64,000 bases of DNA from Ferrithrix thermotolerans DSM 19514 (GTDB lineage: Bacteria > Actinomycetota > Acidimicrobiia > Acidimicrobiales > CAIXPF01). Positions 30,158-39,370 of this stretch are shown in pieces (within the stretch, counting starts at the first letter, position 1; each line of letters begins with the position of its first letter). The notes under the pieces were generated by a model, which was not told the DNA's origin, did not search any database, and saw only the letters and a program-made list of their open reading frames with translations. The stretch lies in NCBI GenBank assembly GCA_945906305.1, contig CAMDQT010000018.1:5553-69552 (forward strand), read 5' to 3'. The position numbers and the translations under genes are program-made.

Positions 30158-31221
30158 CGTTGCTCCAAGCTGGCGAGAAGGGCGTCGGGCACGTCGAGCA
30201 CCGCGGCGGCGACGTCGAACTCCGCCGCGTCGAGCCCGCCTGCGGCCATGGCGAGGTGGCGGGCTTCACGGAATCGCTTCTCGGCCAGGTGGTCCACAAT
30301 GAAGCCGTGCCCGCCGAGTAACTGGATGCCCACGTTGGTGGCGTGGAACGCCGCTTCACGGACCTCGAGCCACGCCTGGGTGGCCCAGAAACCGGCATCG
30401 GGCTCGCCCCGGTCGAAGGAGGCGGCGGCGTCACGCACCACGAGGCGGGCGGCGTGGATGCGAGCCGCGACGTAGGCCAGGTCGAAGGCGTTGCCCTGGT
30501 GGTGGGCGACCGGCTTGCCGAATACCACCCGGTCCAAGGTGTACTCGATGGTCTCTTGCAGCGCCGCTTGGGCGATGCCGACACCGATCGCCGCGCCCCA
30601 CAGACGGGCCCGGCCCCGTACCTCGAGCGCGGTTCGTGCGCTGAGCTCCCAGTGGCCACGTTCGGTGGTCTGGTCGAGAGAGACGCGAACCCCACCCGAC
30701 GCCTGGAAGGCCAAGGCGATGACCGGCTGGACCGATCCGGTGACCTCGAGGAGGCGGAGCGTGTCCGCCTGCATGGCCCAGACCCAGCGCAGCGCGGGCC
30801 AACCCGGTGCCCAGTCGAGCTGCGTCGAGGGGATTTCGGGGTCGATGACGGTGAAGGCGCTCTGTGCCAAACCGTTGAGGCAACTTTGTGCCACCTCGGC
30901 CGCGAGTTGGTGGTCGGGGCAGGCGAGAAGCGCACCCGCGCTCGCTCCGGGCCGATCCGCCCCCGGCAGACCGCTCGGGTCGAACTGGGCCAGCGTTTCC
31001 AGGATCACTACTTTGGCCAACACGCCGGCGTCGACGCCTCCGAGGGATTCAGCCAGGTCGAGTCCGCCGAGCGGGAAGCCGTCGAGCACGTCGAGCACGG
31101 CCTTGGGCCAAACGCCCGCCGCTTCTGCGATCCGCACGTTCGGCGCCAACTGGGCGTGGCCTAGACGCTCGGCCGCAGCCCGTAGCTCCTCGAGCTCGGG
31201 TGATAGGGCAAAGTCACGCAT
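30154..31221 (-). CDS. Degenerate acyl-CoA dehydrogenase (probable partner subunit)
   Basis: ACAD C-terminus (RVVFGKPV, QLLGGHGF) but no TEP or GEG motif. ATGA overlap. Confidence 0.82.
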   Translation of the reverse strand: MRDFALSPELEELRAAAERLGHAQLAPNVRIAEAAGVWPKAVLDVLDGFPLGGLDLAESLGGVDAGVLAKVVILETLAQFDPSGLPGADRPGASAGALLACPDHQLAAEVAQSCLNGLAQSAFTVIDPEIPSTQLDWAPGWPALRWVWAMQADTLRLLEVTGSVQPVIALAFQASGGVRVSLDQTTERGHWELSARTALEVRGRARLWGAAIGVGIAQAALQETIEYTLDRVVFGKPVAHHQGNAFDLAYVAARIHAARLVVRDAAASFDRGEPDAGFWATQAWLEVREAAFHATNVGIQLLGGHGFIVDHLAEKRFREARHLAMAAGGLDAAEFDVAAAVLDVPDALLASLEQR

Positions 31222-31293
31222 GCTCGCAGCCTACCTGTTGGTCCCGGGGCGGGTCCTGGGTGCGGGCCGGAGGCTTGGGTTAGCGTCGCGGCC

Positions 31294-32490
31294 ATGGGAC
31301 TTCGAGGAGACGCGGCCATCGTCGGCATGTTCGAGTACCGGCCAGAGCGTAAGTACGGCGGTGAGCGAGTTTTCATGTTGGAGCAATGGGCCGACCTTGC
31401 CGCCGGCGCGCTCGCCGACGCTGGCCTGCGGTCCTGCGATGTCAACGGGCTGGTCTGTGCCAACATCCGAGAGTCGGAACAGTTCGTGCCCTCGACGGTG
31501 GCGGAGTATCTCGGCTGGCGGGTGAACTTCGCGGAACGGGTCGACCTCGGCGGTGCCACACCAATCGGCATGGTCTGGCGAGCCGCCGCAGCCATCGAGC
31601 TGGGATTGTGCGACGTGGTCGTCTGCGCCGCACCCTCTCGGCCCACCCCCAGCCTGCCGCCCAACCAGCCGCGTGCTTGGTCACCTTTCGGGGCGTCGTC
31701 GAACATCATGGGTTCGCCTCAAGCCGAGTTCGACATCCCGTACGGCAACATTGCGCAGAACTGCGGTTACGCCATGATCGCGAACCGCTACGGCGCCGAG
31801 TTCGGCTACGACCCCCGCGCCACGGCCAAGATCGCGGCGGACCAGCGTACGAATGCCTGTGCGAACCCTGACGCCGTATTCTTCGGCCAGCCCATCACCA
31901 TTGAGGACGTGCTGGCGTCAAAGATGGTGGCCGATCCGCTGCACGTGCTGGAGATCGTGATGCCTTGTGCCGGTGGGGCCGCGGTGGTGGTGGCCTCCAA
32001 GGAAGTGGCCCGTCGTTGCCGCAAGCGGCCGGTGTACGTCACCGGCTTCGGGGAGCACCTGATGCACAAGAGCCCGACCTACTCCCCGGACCTGTTGCAC
32101 ACGCCCATCGGCCCCGCCGCCGAACAGGCCTTCGGGATGGCGGCCATCAAGCGGTCCGATGTGGACGCGGTGCAGCTTTACGACTGCTACACGATCACGG
32201 TGTTGATGAGCATCGAGGACTCGGGCTTCTGCGCCAAGGGCGAGGGCATGTCTTTTGTCGCCGCACACGATCTCACCTACCGCGGCGACTTCCCGGTGAA
32301 CACCCACGGCGGGCAACTCGGCTTCGGGCAACCCGGTCTGGCCGGGGGTTTCACCCAGGTCACCGAGGCCGTGCGTCAGGTTCGGGGGGAAGCCGGAGGC
32401 CATCAAGTACCAGGCTGCGAAGTGGTTTACTGCTCGGGCACGGGCGGCATCATGTCCGAACAAACCGCACTGATCGTGCAAGGAGGCTGA
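31294..32490 (+). CDS. Thiolase-fold SCP-x-type protein
   Basis: DLGGA (no Cys), LYDCYT and NTHGGQL motifs. Confidence 0.88.
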   Translation: MGLRGDAAIVGMFEYRPERKYGGERVFMLEQWADLAAGALADAGLRSCDVNGLVCANIRESEQFVPSTVAEYLGWRVNFAERVDLGGATPIGMVWRAAAAIELGLCDVVVCAAPSRPTPSLPPNQPRAWSPFGASSNIMGSPQAEFDIPYGNIAQNCGYAMIANRYGAEFGYDPRATAKIAADQRTNACANPDAVFFGQPITIEDVLASKMVADPLHVLEIVMPCAGGAAVVVASKEVARRCRKRPVYVTGFGEHLMHKSPTYSPDLLHTPIGPAAEQAFGMAAIKRSDVDAVQLYDCYTITVLMSIEDSGFCAKGEGMSFVAAHDLTYRGDFPVNTHGGQLGFGQPGLAGGFTQVTEAVRQVRGEAGGHQVPGCEVVYCSGTGGIMSEQTALIVQGG

Positions 32491-32495
32491 GGACC

Positions 32496-32918
32496 ATGCC
32501 CGCAATCGAAGGTCGGCCGCGTCCCGCTCCCATCGCCACGAGCAAGCCATTCTGGGACGCCCTCAAAGAGGAGAAGGTGCGCTTGCAGCGCTGTGGGGAC
32601 TGCGAGGCCTGGGTGTACTACCCGCGTCGGCGCTGCCCGTCTTGTCTGTCCGCGGCGTTGGAATGGCGCCAGGTGAGTGGTCGAGGGCGGATCTATTCGT
32701 GGACGATCGGCCGTCAGGCCACCCACCCCGCCTTCGGGGCGGACGTGCCGCAACTGCTCGCCATGGTCGAACTCGACGAAGGGGTGCGCCTCACCACCAC
32801 GATTGTGAACGCGGAGCCCACTGACCTCGTGGTCGGTCGCTTGGTGGAGCCGGTGTTCGAGCACGGCGAGGACGGCATGACCCTGTTGCAGTTCCAGCCC
32901 GTGGCTGGGTCGGGCTGA
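32496..32918 (+). CDS. DUF35 Zn-ribbon/OB-fold protein
   Basis: PFWDA..QRCGDC..CPSC..VELDEG. Confidence 0.9.
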   Translation: MPAIEGRPRPAPIATSKPFWDALKEEKVRLQRCGDCEAWVYYPRRRCPSCLSAALEWRQVSGRGRIYSWTIGRQATHPAFGADVPQLLAMVELDEGVRLTTTIVNAEPTDLVVGRLVEPVFEHGEDGMTLLQFQPVAGSG

Positions 32919-32950
32919 CCCTCGCGGCCACGGTCCGCTAGAACGGCGCC

Positions 32951-33736
32951 ATGCACGCTGATCTGATGTCGATGTTCGATCTGAGTGGCCGGGTGGCGCT
33001 GGTCACCGGAAGCTCCCGTGGTCTCGGCCGAGCCGTTGCCCGAGGCTTCGCCCAAGCCGGCGCGGCGGTCGTCATTTGCAGTCGCAATCTGGATTCCTGT
33101 GAGGCGACGGTGGCGGAGATCCACGCCGAGGGTGGACAGGCGTTTGCGGTGGCGGTGAACATGAGCGAGCCCGATGCCCCGACCATGCTGGTGCAGGCCA
33201 CGGTGGCCCGCTTCGGTCGGCTCGACATTTTGGTGAACAATGCGGCCACGGTGCTCGACCGGCCGCTGCACCGAGTGCAGGCCGATACCTTCCACGGTGC
33301 GTTTGGTACGAACCTGTTGGCCCCGTTCCTCTTGGTTCAGGCGGCTCGACCCCACCTTGGCGCGAGCGGGCATGGGGCCGTCATCAACATCTTGTCCATC
33401 GCCATGGCGGCAGGCAGCCCCGACCGCTACTACTACCCGCCGATCAAGGCCGCGCTGGCACAGGCCACTCGCACGCTGGCCCTCGATCTCGGCCCGGAGG
33501 GAATCAGGGTCAACGCCATCTCACCAGGTACCTTTCGCACCGACATGGTGACCAAGGCCTATGACGAGGAGACCCTGGTGAGACGGGCCGCGGCAAACCC
33601 GCTGGGCAAGATCGGTGATCCGGCTGAGTTGGTGGGACCGGCGTTGTTGCTGGCCTCCGATGCGGGAGCGATGATCACCGGCGCGGTGCTCACCGTGGAT
33701 GCCGGGGCGACGGTGGCACCCTCGGGCCGGGGATGA
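32951..33736 (+). CDS. SDR oxidoreductase
   Basis: TGSSRGLG, NNA and YPPIK motifs. Confidence 0.9.
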   Translation: MHADLMSMFDLSGRVALVTGSSRGLGRAVARGFAQAGAAVVICSRNLDSCEATVAEIHAEGGQAFAVAVNMSEPDAPTMLVQATVARFGRLDILVNNAATVLDRPLHRVQADTFHGAFGTNLLAPFLLVQAARPHLGASGHGAVINILSIAMAAGSPDRYYYPPIKAALAQATRTLALDLGPEGIRVNAISPGTFRTDMVTKAYDEETLVRRAAANPLGKIGDPAELVGPALLLASDAGAMITGAVLTVDAGATVAPSGRG

Positions 33737-33755
33737 GCCCTGCGGACGGGGCCGG

Positions 33756-35162
33756 TCAGGCGTGCAGCGGGGCCTTGGCCAAATGCCAGTCCGTACGCTG
33801 TTGGTAGGCGTGGCCCACAGCTAAGGCGGTGGCGTCTTCGAAGGGCCGGGCGATGATCTGCAAGCTGAGCGGCAGCCCGTCGGGGTCTAGCCCCATCGGC
33901 AGCGCCAGAGCCGGAAACCCGGTGCCATTCCAGACCGGGCAGTGCATGGCCCGAGCCGAAATAGCCTCGCGCGATGCACCGTGGTAGTGGGTTGCCCCAT
34001 AGCCCATGGTGGGGCTGACCAAAACCGAGAGCTGCTCGCGTTGCATCATGGCGTGGATCTGCTCGCGTCCCGCCTGGCGCACCCGCTCGCACTGCACGAG
34101 GTCTCCGCCGGAGATGAGCGCGCCGAGGGCCAGCGTCAGCCGGGTGGGACGGCCGTAATCGTGCCAGCGCGATGCCAGCCAGTTGCGGTGATAGGCGAAC
34201 CCTTCAGCCTGCAGGCCCAAGAACGTGGCGACCTGCAACTCATCGTAGAGCGGAGCCTCGACCTCGACGGTTTGCGCGCCTGCGCCGCGCAGCACCTCGA
34301 GCGCATCGAGCATCGCCTGCCAGGTCCACGACGCGGTGTGCGAGCGGATTGATTCGTTGACCAAGATCCCGATCCGTATGCCGGCCAGGGATCCGTCGTT
34401 GGCCTCGAGCGCCGCAATGTAGTCAATCGGTGCGGAGGGGACCGAAGTCCGGTCGGTCGGGTCGGCACCGGCCATGACGTTCAACATGGCTGCGCAGTCC
34501 CACGCCGAACGGCACATCGGGCCGAGGTGGTCGTAGGTGTAACCAAGCGGGAAACAGCCGCTCTTGGGAACGAGGCCATGGGTTGGCTTGTGCCCGGTGA
34601 TGCCGCAGTATGCGGCGGGAACGCGGATGCTGCCGCCGGTGTCAGTCCCGAGCGCACCGAGCATCAGCCCCGAGGCCACGCCATTGCCCGAGCCCGATGA
34701 CGAGCCTCCGGTCCAGCGCTCGGGGTTCCAGGGGTTGCGCGGCAGGGGGAAGGGCTTGCTGGCATCGGGTCGCCCGACGGCGAATTCCATGGTCGTCAGC
34801 TTGCCCACGATCACGGCACCGGCCTGACGCAACCGGCCGAGCACCGGACCGTCGCCCTGGTCACCCCAAGAGGAATCCATGACCAGCGATTGGCAGGTGG
34901 TGGGTCCCTCATCGGTGGAGAGAATGTCTTTCACCCCAATGGGGATACCGTGCAACGGTCCGCGGTCGTGGCCGGCGGCGAGTTCCGCATCGGCTCGACG
35001 GGCCGCCACGAGCGCCTGCTCATCGAAGCGGGCCAGGTACACCCCGAGGGTGGGGTCGAGGGTGTCAGCAGCGGCAAACATGGAGGACACCAGCGCCTCG
35101 CTGGTTGTCTCACCGTCGCGCAATGCGGTTGCGGCAGTAGCGATGGTCCACGGCAGGTTCAT
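33756..35162 (-). CDS. Amidase signature family enzyme
   Basis: GVKD, GGSSSGS and GTDTGGSIR (Ser-cisSer-Lys). Confidence 0.92.
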   Translation of the reverse strand: MNLPWTIATAATALRDGETTSEALVSSMFAAADTLDPTLGVYLARFDEQALVAARRADAELAAGHDRGPLHGIPIGVKDILSTDEGPTTCQSLVMDSSWGDQGDGPVLGRLRQAGAVIVGKLTTMEFAVGRPDASKPFPLPRNPWNPERWTGGSSSGSGNGVASGLMLGALGTDTGGSIRVPAAYCGITGHKPTHGLVPKSGCFPLGYTYDHLGPMCRSAWDCAAMLNVMAGADPTDRTSVPSAPIDYIAALEANDGSLAGIRIGILVNESIRSHTASWTWQAMLDALEVLRGAGAQTVEVEAPLYDELQVATFLGLQAEGFAYHRNWLASRWHDYGRPTRLTLALGALISGGDLVQCERVRQAGREQIHAMMQREQLSVLVSPTMGYGATHYHGASREAISARAMHCPVWNGTGFPALALPMGLDPDGLPLSLQIIARPFEDATALAVGHAYQQRTDWHLAKAPLHA

Positions 35163-35359
35163 GAGCGGATATCCCCGGATCGAAAGACGTTGGAGGGGTC
35201 CACGTTGCCGACGTCGGCCGCATGGATCATGGCCAGTTGGCGCCGGATCGGTCCGTACAGTTCGGCGAGGCGCTCAACTTCTTCGGGCGGCGGCTGCAAG
35301 CCTGAGGCGTCCAACAGGGCTTGCACAATGGTGAGGTTCTCAGCAGTGACGGATGGCAC
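35159..35359 (-). CDS. Small (66 aa) amidase-associated protein, GatC/AtzG-like
   Basis: Leaderless GTG 7 nt after TACGGT. ATGA overlap with the amidase. Sequence LLDASGLQPPPEEVERLA..DPSNVF. Confidence 0.7.
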   Translation of the reverse strand: MPSVTAENLTIVQALLDASGLQPPPEEVERLAELYGPIRRQLAMIHAADVGNVDPSNVFRSGDIRS

Positions 35360-35456
35360 GTCAACCACCGTATCGGTTGGCAGGATCGTGCCGCCGAAAA
35401 GCAGCCGCGGCGGGCCGACGAGCAGCGCGAGCCGCCGGTGAGCCACGATATCTACG

Positions 35457-36695
35457 ATGACCGACCACCTCGAAGCCCATCTTCATGCCGCGCCGATGGC
35501 CGCGGGTCCGACCGGACCGTTGGTGGGGCTGCGCATCCTCGACCTCACCCACGCCCTTGCGGGACCATTCGGCACGATGTATCTCGCCGACCTAGGTGCC
35601 GACGTGATCAAGATTGAACCGCCAACCGGCGAGTTGGTTCGGTTCAACGGCCCGTTCGTGCGTGGTGACGAAGCGCGGCTCTACGGGTCGCGTTACGGCG
35701 CCCGGAACCGAAACAAGCGCTCGATCGTGCTCGACCTGACCGAAGCCGCTGATCGCGAGACCTTCTTCGAACTCGTCGAGACGGCGGACGGGTTGTTGGA
35801 GAACCAACGTGCCGGTGTGCTCGATCGGTTGGGTGTCAGCTACGAGGCGTGCCACGCCCGCAACCCGCGTTTCGTCTATGCGGCGGTACGTGGCTTCGGT
35901 GACCCGCGCACGGGTCAAAGCCCCTACGCCCCTTGGCCGGCCTTCGACCCCATTGCTCAGGCCATGGGCGGCGTGGTCGCTTCCACCGGCACCGACACCG
36001 ACAACGTGATGCGCTGCGGTCCCGCAATTGGCGACACGGTACCGGGGCTCATGGCGGCATTGGGCCTAGTGTCCGCCATCCATCACGCCCAGCGGACCGG
36101 GGTGGGTCAGTTCCTCGACGTGGCCATGGTCGATGCCATGATGTCCATATCGAGCGAGAGCCTCACGCAGTGGAGCTACACCGGTCGGGCACAGGCGCCA
36201 TCGGGCAACACCGTGGACGGTTTGAGCCCCTTTGACATCTATCGCACTGCTGATGGCCATTGCGCCATCGCCGCTCCGAGCCCGGCGATGTGGGAGCGCC
36301 TGTGCATCCTCATCGGTCGACCCGATCTGCTCGAGGACGAGCGCACCGCGGACATCCGGGTCCGAATCAAGCATCGCGATGTCGTCGATGGGGCCATCGG
36401 GGGCTGGGCTGCGGCCCATAGCACGGCGGAGGTGTTGAACGTCCTTGGGGGCGAGGTCCCAGTGGGGCCGGTTTACGAGCCGGCCGATTGGTTGAACGAC
36501 CCGCATGTCGCGGCCCGCGAAATGGTGGTCCGGGTGGATCATGCCCATCACCGGCCTACGGTGCAGGTCAACTGCCCGATTCGATTTACCGAGACACCGG
36601 CCGGTATCTACCGCTCGCCCGCGACCCTCAACCAGCACGGCGAGGAGTTGCGCGACGAGTTGCGCACGCGCGTCGCCGAGTCCGACCCCGCTTGA
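35457..36695 (+). CDS. Family III CoA-transferase
   Basis: ILDLTHALAGP, NRNKRS and GPAIGD motifs. Confidence 0.92.
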   Translation: MTDHLEAHLHAAPMAAGPTGPLVGLRILDLTHALAGPFGTMYLADLGADVIKIEPPTGELVRFNGPFVRGDEARLYGSRYGARNRNKRSIVLDLTEAADRETFFELVETADGLLENQRAGVLDRLGVSYEACHARNPRFVYAAVRGFGDPRTGQSPYAPWPAFDPIAQAMGGVVASTGTDTDNVMRCGPAIGDTVPGLMAALGLVSAIHHAQRTGVGQFLDVAMVDAMMSISSESLTQWSYTGRAQAPSGNTVDGLSPFDIYRTADGHCAIAAPSPAMWERLCILIGRPDLLEDERTADIRVRIKHRDVVDGAIGGWAAAHSTAEVLNVLGGEVPVGPVYEPADWLNDPHVAAREMVVRVDHAHHRPTVQVNCPIRFTETPAGIYRSPATLNQHGEELRDELRTRVAESDPA

Positions 36696-36745
36696 TGGGC
36701 TGTGGCCCGTGCTCGCGGCCCGGTAGTTCGGCTCAGCCGCGCTTT

Positions 36746-38311
36746 TCAGCCTCGCTGGGCGGGGTAGGTGCCCGACAAGCTGCCCGGCTTGGGGGCCTTC
36801 GCTCCGGTACGTACCGTCGGGTCCGGTGGGGAGTGTGCCAAGTCCAAGTCGTCGATGCTGCCGTTGGCGTCGCGGCGTCCCATCGCCCGATCGATGGTAT
36901 TGAACAGGCCATCCTTGAACGGGTAGGCCAGATACCAACCGGCCCAGTTGCGTACCGGGTCACCGGAGTAGAACTTGGCGTATTGGAGCATGCGGGACCC
37001 GAACGCGTCGCCGGTGGCGTCCCAGGCCAGCTTGAATAGTCCGATGCGCTCCTCGGCGGAGACACCCGGTCGACCCTTGACGTACTGATCGAGATAGGGG
37101 CGCAGGACGTCGCTGGCCAGGTCTGCCTCGGTGGGGGCGTAGAAGAAGCCGCCCGCCGCCAACGATTGAATGACCTCCACCAGACGGGGGTAGACCCTGG
37201 GGGCGCGTAGATGGGCGGTTGCCAGGTAGGGCATGTGCGGGGCCCACACGCCGCTCGGACCGGGCTTGGCCAGCGCCTCCGCACCGTAGAAGGTGGCCTG
37301 GAATGTTTCGAGCTCGATGAGCAACTCGCCCAGCTTTTCCTGCAGGTGCAAGAAACCGTCGATGCCGACCGCGTCGGCGAGGCGCATGGCCAAACCGCAG
37401 AAGAATTCCAGGTTCGAGAGCATTCGGGTTGCGGTCTGGACAGCAACGGTGCCGTCACGGGGGCGTAGTTGGTTGGCCACATCACGGGCGCCGGGCCCAC
37501 CACCGTCCATGAACACCCGATCCCAGGGCACCAAAACGTCGTCGAAGATGGCGATGCAGTCCATCTCCTCGAACCGCGAGGACAGGGGATGATCGAAGCG
37601 GCTGCGCCCCGCGGGGGCGAAGACCTCGCGGCAGACGAACCGCAGGCCGGGGGAGTTGGTCGGAATGCCAAACCCCACCGCGTAGGCCTCGTCGCCGGCG
37701 GCGACGCCACCGAAGGGCCACACCATGACCTCCTCGCAGAGCGGGGCCATGGTGCCGAGCATCTTTGCTCCCCGCACGATGATCCCCTCGGGCGTGTGGC
37801 GGACCCGTCCGAGATGGGTGAAAGGGGACTCTTGCTGGCCGGAGGATCGTGAGCGATCGACCTGGGGGTTGACGAGCATGTGGGTGAGGAACAGGTCGTT
37901 GTCTCGCACATGGTGGTAGTAGTTCACGACGTTGTCCGCGTACGCCGCCGAGCCGCCGGTACCGAACAGGGGCGAGATGAGCGAGAAGTCGGTGAGCAGC
38001 GCATTCATGAAGTCTGGGGCGCGGCCCATGAAGCCGAAGGAGTGGTCCGTCCGTAGCTTGTAAAGCTGGCGGCGGCGCACGAGGTCTTCTTTGGTGCGGG
38101 GGATGACGAACCCCGACGAGTAGCCCTCGGTGATGGCGATATCGCGATGGCGGGGATCGTGCTGGAGGTCGTACTGCTCCATGATCGAGCCCAAGATCCC
38201 GGCGAAGGCTGGCTCGGCGGTGACGTCGTGCAGCTTGCGCCCCGCGAGCCACACCTCCGGTTGCCGCTGTTTGATACTGGCAAGGTATTCGGCCCCGGTG
38301 CGTGCTCCCAT
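36746..38311 (-). CDS. hpaB: 4-hydroxyphenylacetate 3-monooxygenase-family oxygenase component
   Basis: RTGAEY, MGRAPDF, NPQVDRS, RGAKML, SSRFEEMD and FYSGDP motifs. Confidence 0.88.
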   Translation of the reverse strand: MGARTGAEYLASIKQRQPEVWLAGRKLHDVTAEPAFAGILGSIMEQYDLQHDPRHRDIAITEGYSSGFVIPRTKEDLVRRRQLYKLRTDHSFGFMGRAPDFMNALLTDFSLISPLFGTGGSAAYADNVVNYYHHVRDNDLFLTHMLVNPQVDRSRSSGQQESPFTHLGRVRHTPEGIIVRGAKMLGTMAPLCEEVMVWPFGGVAAGDEAYAVGFGIPTNSPGLRFVCREVFAPAGRSRFDHPLSSRFEEMDCIAIFDDVLVPWDRVFMDGGGPGARDVANQLRPRDGTVAVQTATRMLSNLEFFCGLAMRLADAVGIDGFLHLQEKLGELLIELETFQATFYGAEALAKPGPSGVWAPHMPYLATAHLRAPRVYPRLVEVIQSLAAGGFFYAPTEADLASDVLRPYLDQYVKGRPGVSAEERIGLFKLAWDATGDAFGSRMLQYAKFYSGDPVRNWAGWYLAYPFKDGLFNTIDRAMGRRDANGSIDDLDLAHSPPDPTVRTGAKAPKPGSLSGTYPAQRG

Positions 38312-38375
38312 GGCCGGAATGTAGTCTCCCTCAGCGTCGGTGTGTCAGTCGCCGACAACAGGACGGAGGCCGTCA

Positions 38376-39344
38376 ATGGCGGTGCAAGGACTCGCCTATC
38401 TGGTGACCGAGGTGGCCGAAGTCGAGGCTTGGCGCTCCTTCGTGGAGCGAGTACTCGGGGCGCAACTGGTAGAGAATGCTGATGGCTTGACGGTCCGCCT
38501 TGACGAGCGAGCGGCCCGGCTGCTGCTGCGTCCCGCCTCCGCCGATGGGCCCGTCGTTGCGGGCTGGCAGGTGGCCGACGAGCGGGCTGCGCATGAGCTG
38601 GCCGGGCGCGCCGGAGCGCAAGCCGTACCGGGCGCTGCGCCCGAGGCGGCAGCACGCGGGGTAGAAGGATTCATCGGGTTCGAGGATCCCAGCGGCCAAA
38701 ACCTGGAGTTGTGCTGGGGGCCGCTCGACGCAGCGACACCGTTCTGCGGGGCACGGCCCCATGGGGGGTTCCGCACCGGTGAGCTGGGCATGGGCCACGC
38801 CGTATGGTCCCTCGCCGATCTAGGCGTCGCCCGCAGTTTCTACGAGGAGGTGCTGGGCTTTCGGCCGAGCGACTTCGCCACGGTGCCCGGCCCGCTCTAC
38901 TTCTTTCACGCCAATCCCCGTCACCACAGCCTGGCGCTGGGTGAATTGGGGTTCGTCGGCCTGCACCATGTCATGGTCGAGGTGCTCGATTTCGACGATC
39001 TGGGCCGTTCCTATGACGCGGCAATCGAAGGCGGCTGGCCGATCATCTCCAGCCTGGGGCGGCACACCAACGACCATGTCACGTCCTTTTACGTGCGTAC
39101 GCCGTCGAACTGGGCCGTCGAGGTGGGCTGGGGCGGCCTGCTCATCGTGGACGAGGCGAGCTGGCAGGTGCGTGAGTTGACCGAAGGACCGAGCCTGTGG
39201 GGCCACGAGCGAACTTGGGTCAGCGACGAGATGAAGGTGCGCCAACGAGAGCTGCGCCATCAGGCCGCGGCGGAGAACCTCCGCGCCCCGTTGCACCTGC
39301 CCGCCGGGATGCCAGCCGATGTCGAAGGGGTTCCGCTGCGCTGA
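38376..39344 (+). CDS. Type I extradiol ring-cleavage dioxygenase (BphC/HsaC-like)
   Basis: GMGHAV, NPRHHS, HHVMVE and GRHTND..SFY..TPS..VE motifs. Confidence 0.9.
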   Translation: MAVQGLAYLVTEVAEVEAWRSFVERVLGAQLVENADGLTVRLDERAARLLLRPASADGPVVAGWQVADERAAHELAGRAGAQAVPGAAPEAAARGVEGFIGFEDPSGQNLELCWGPLDAATPFCGARPHGGFRTGELGMGHAVWSLADLGVARSFYEEVLGFRPSDFATVPGPLYFFHANPRHHSLALGELGFVGLHHVMVEVLDFDDLGRSYDAAIEGGWPIISSLGRHTNDHVTSFYVRTPSNWAVEVGWGGLLIVDEASWQVRELTEGPSLWGHERTWVSDEMKVRQRELRHQAAAENLRAPLHLPAGMPADVEGVPLR

Positions 39345-39370
39345 GCAGCCGAAGGCGTTAAGGTCCCGCC

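Noticed and set aside
32939-32953. TAGAAC-6nt-ATG (and CACGAT before 35457, CAAGGT before 57290) as leaderless promoters
   Set aside because: Plausible, but they deviate from TANNNT, so I left them out of the count.
33756-35359. gatCA of the tRNA amidotransferase
   Set aside because: There is no gatB, the small protein is shorter than typical GatC, and the context is catabolic.
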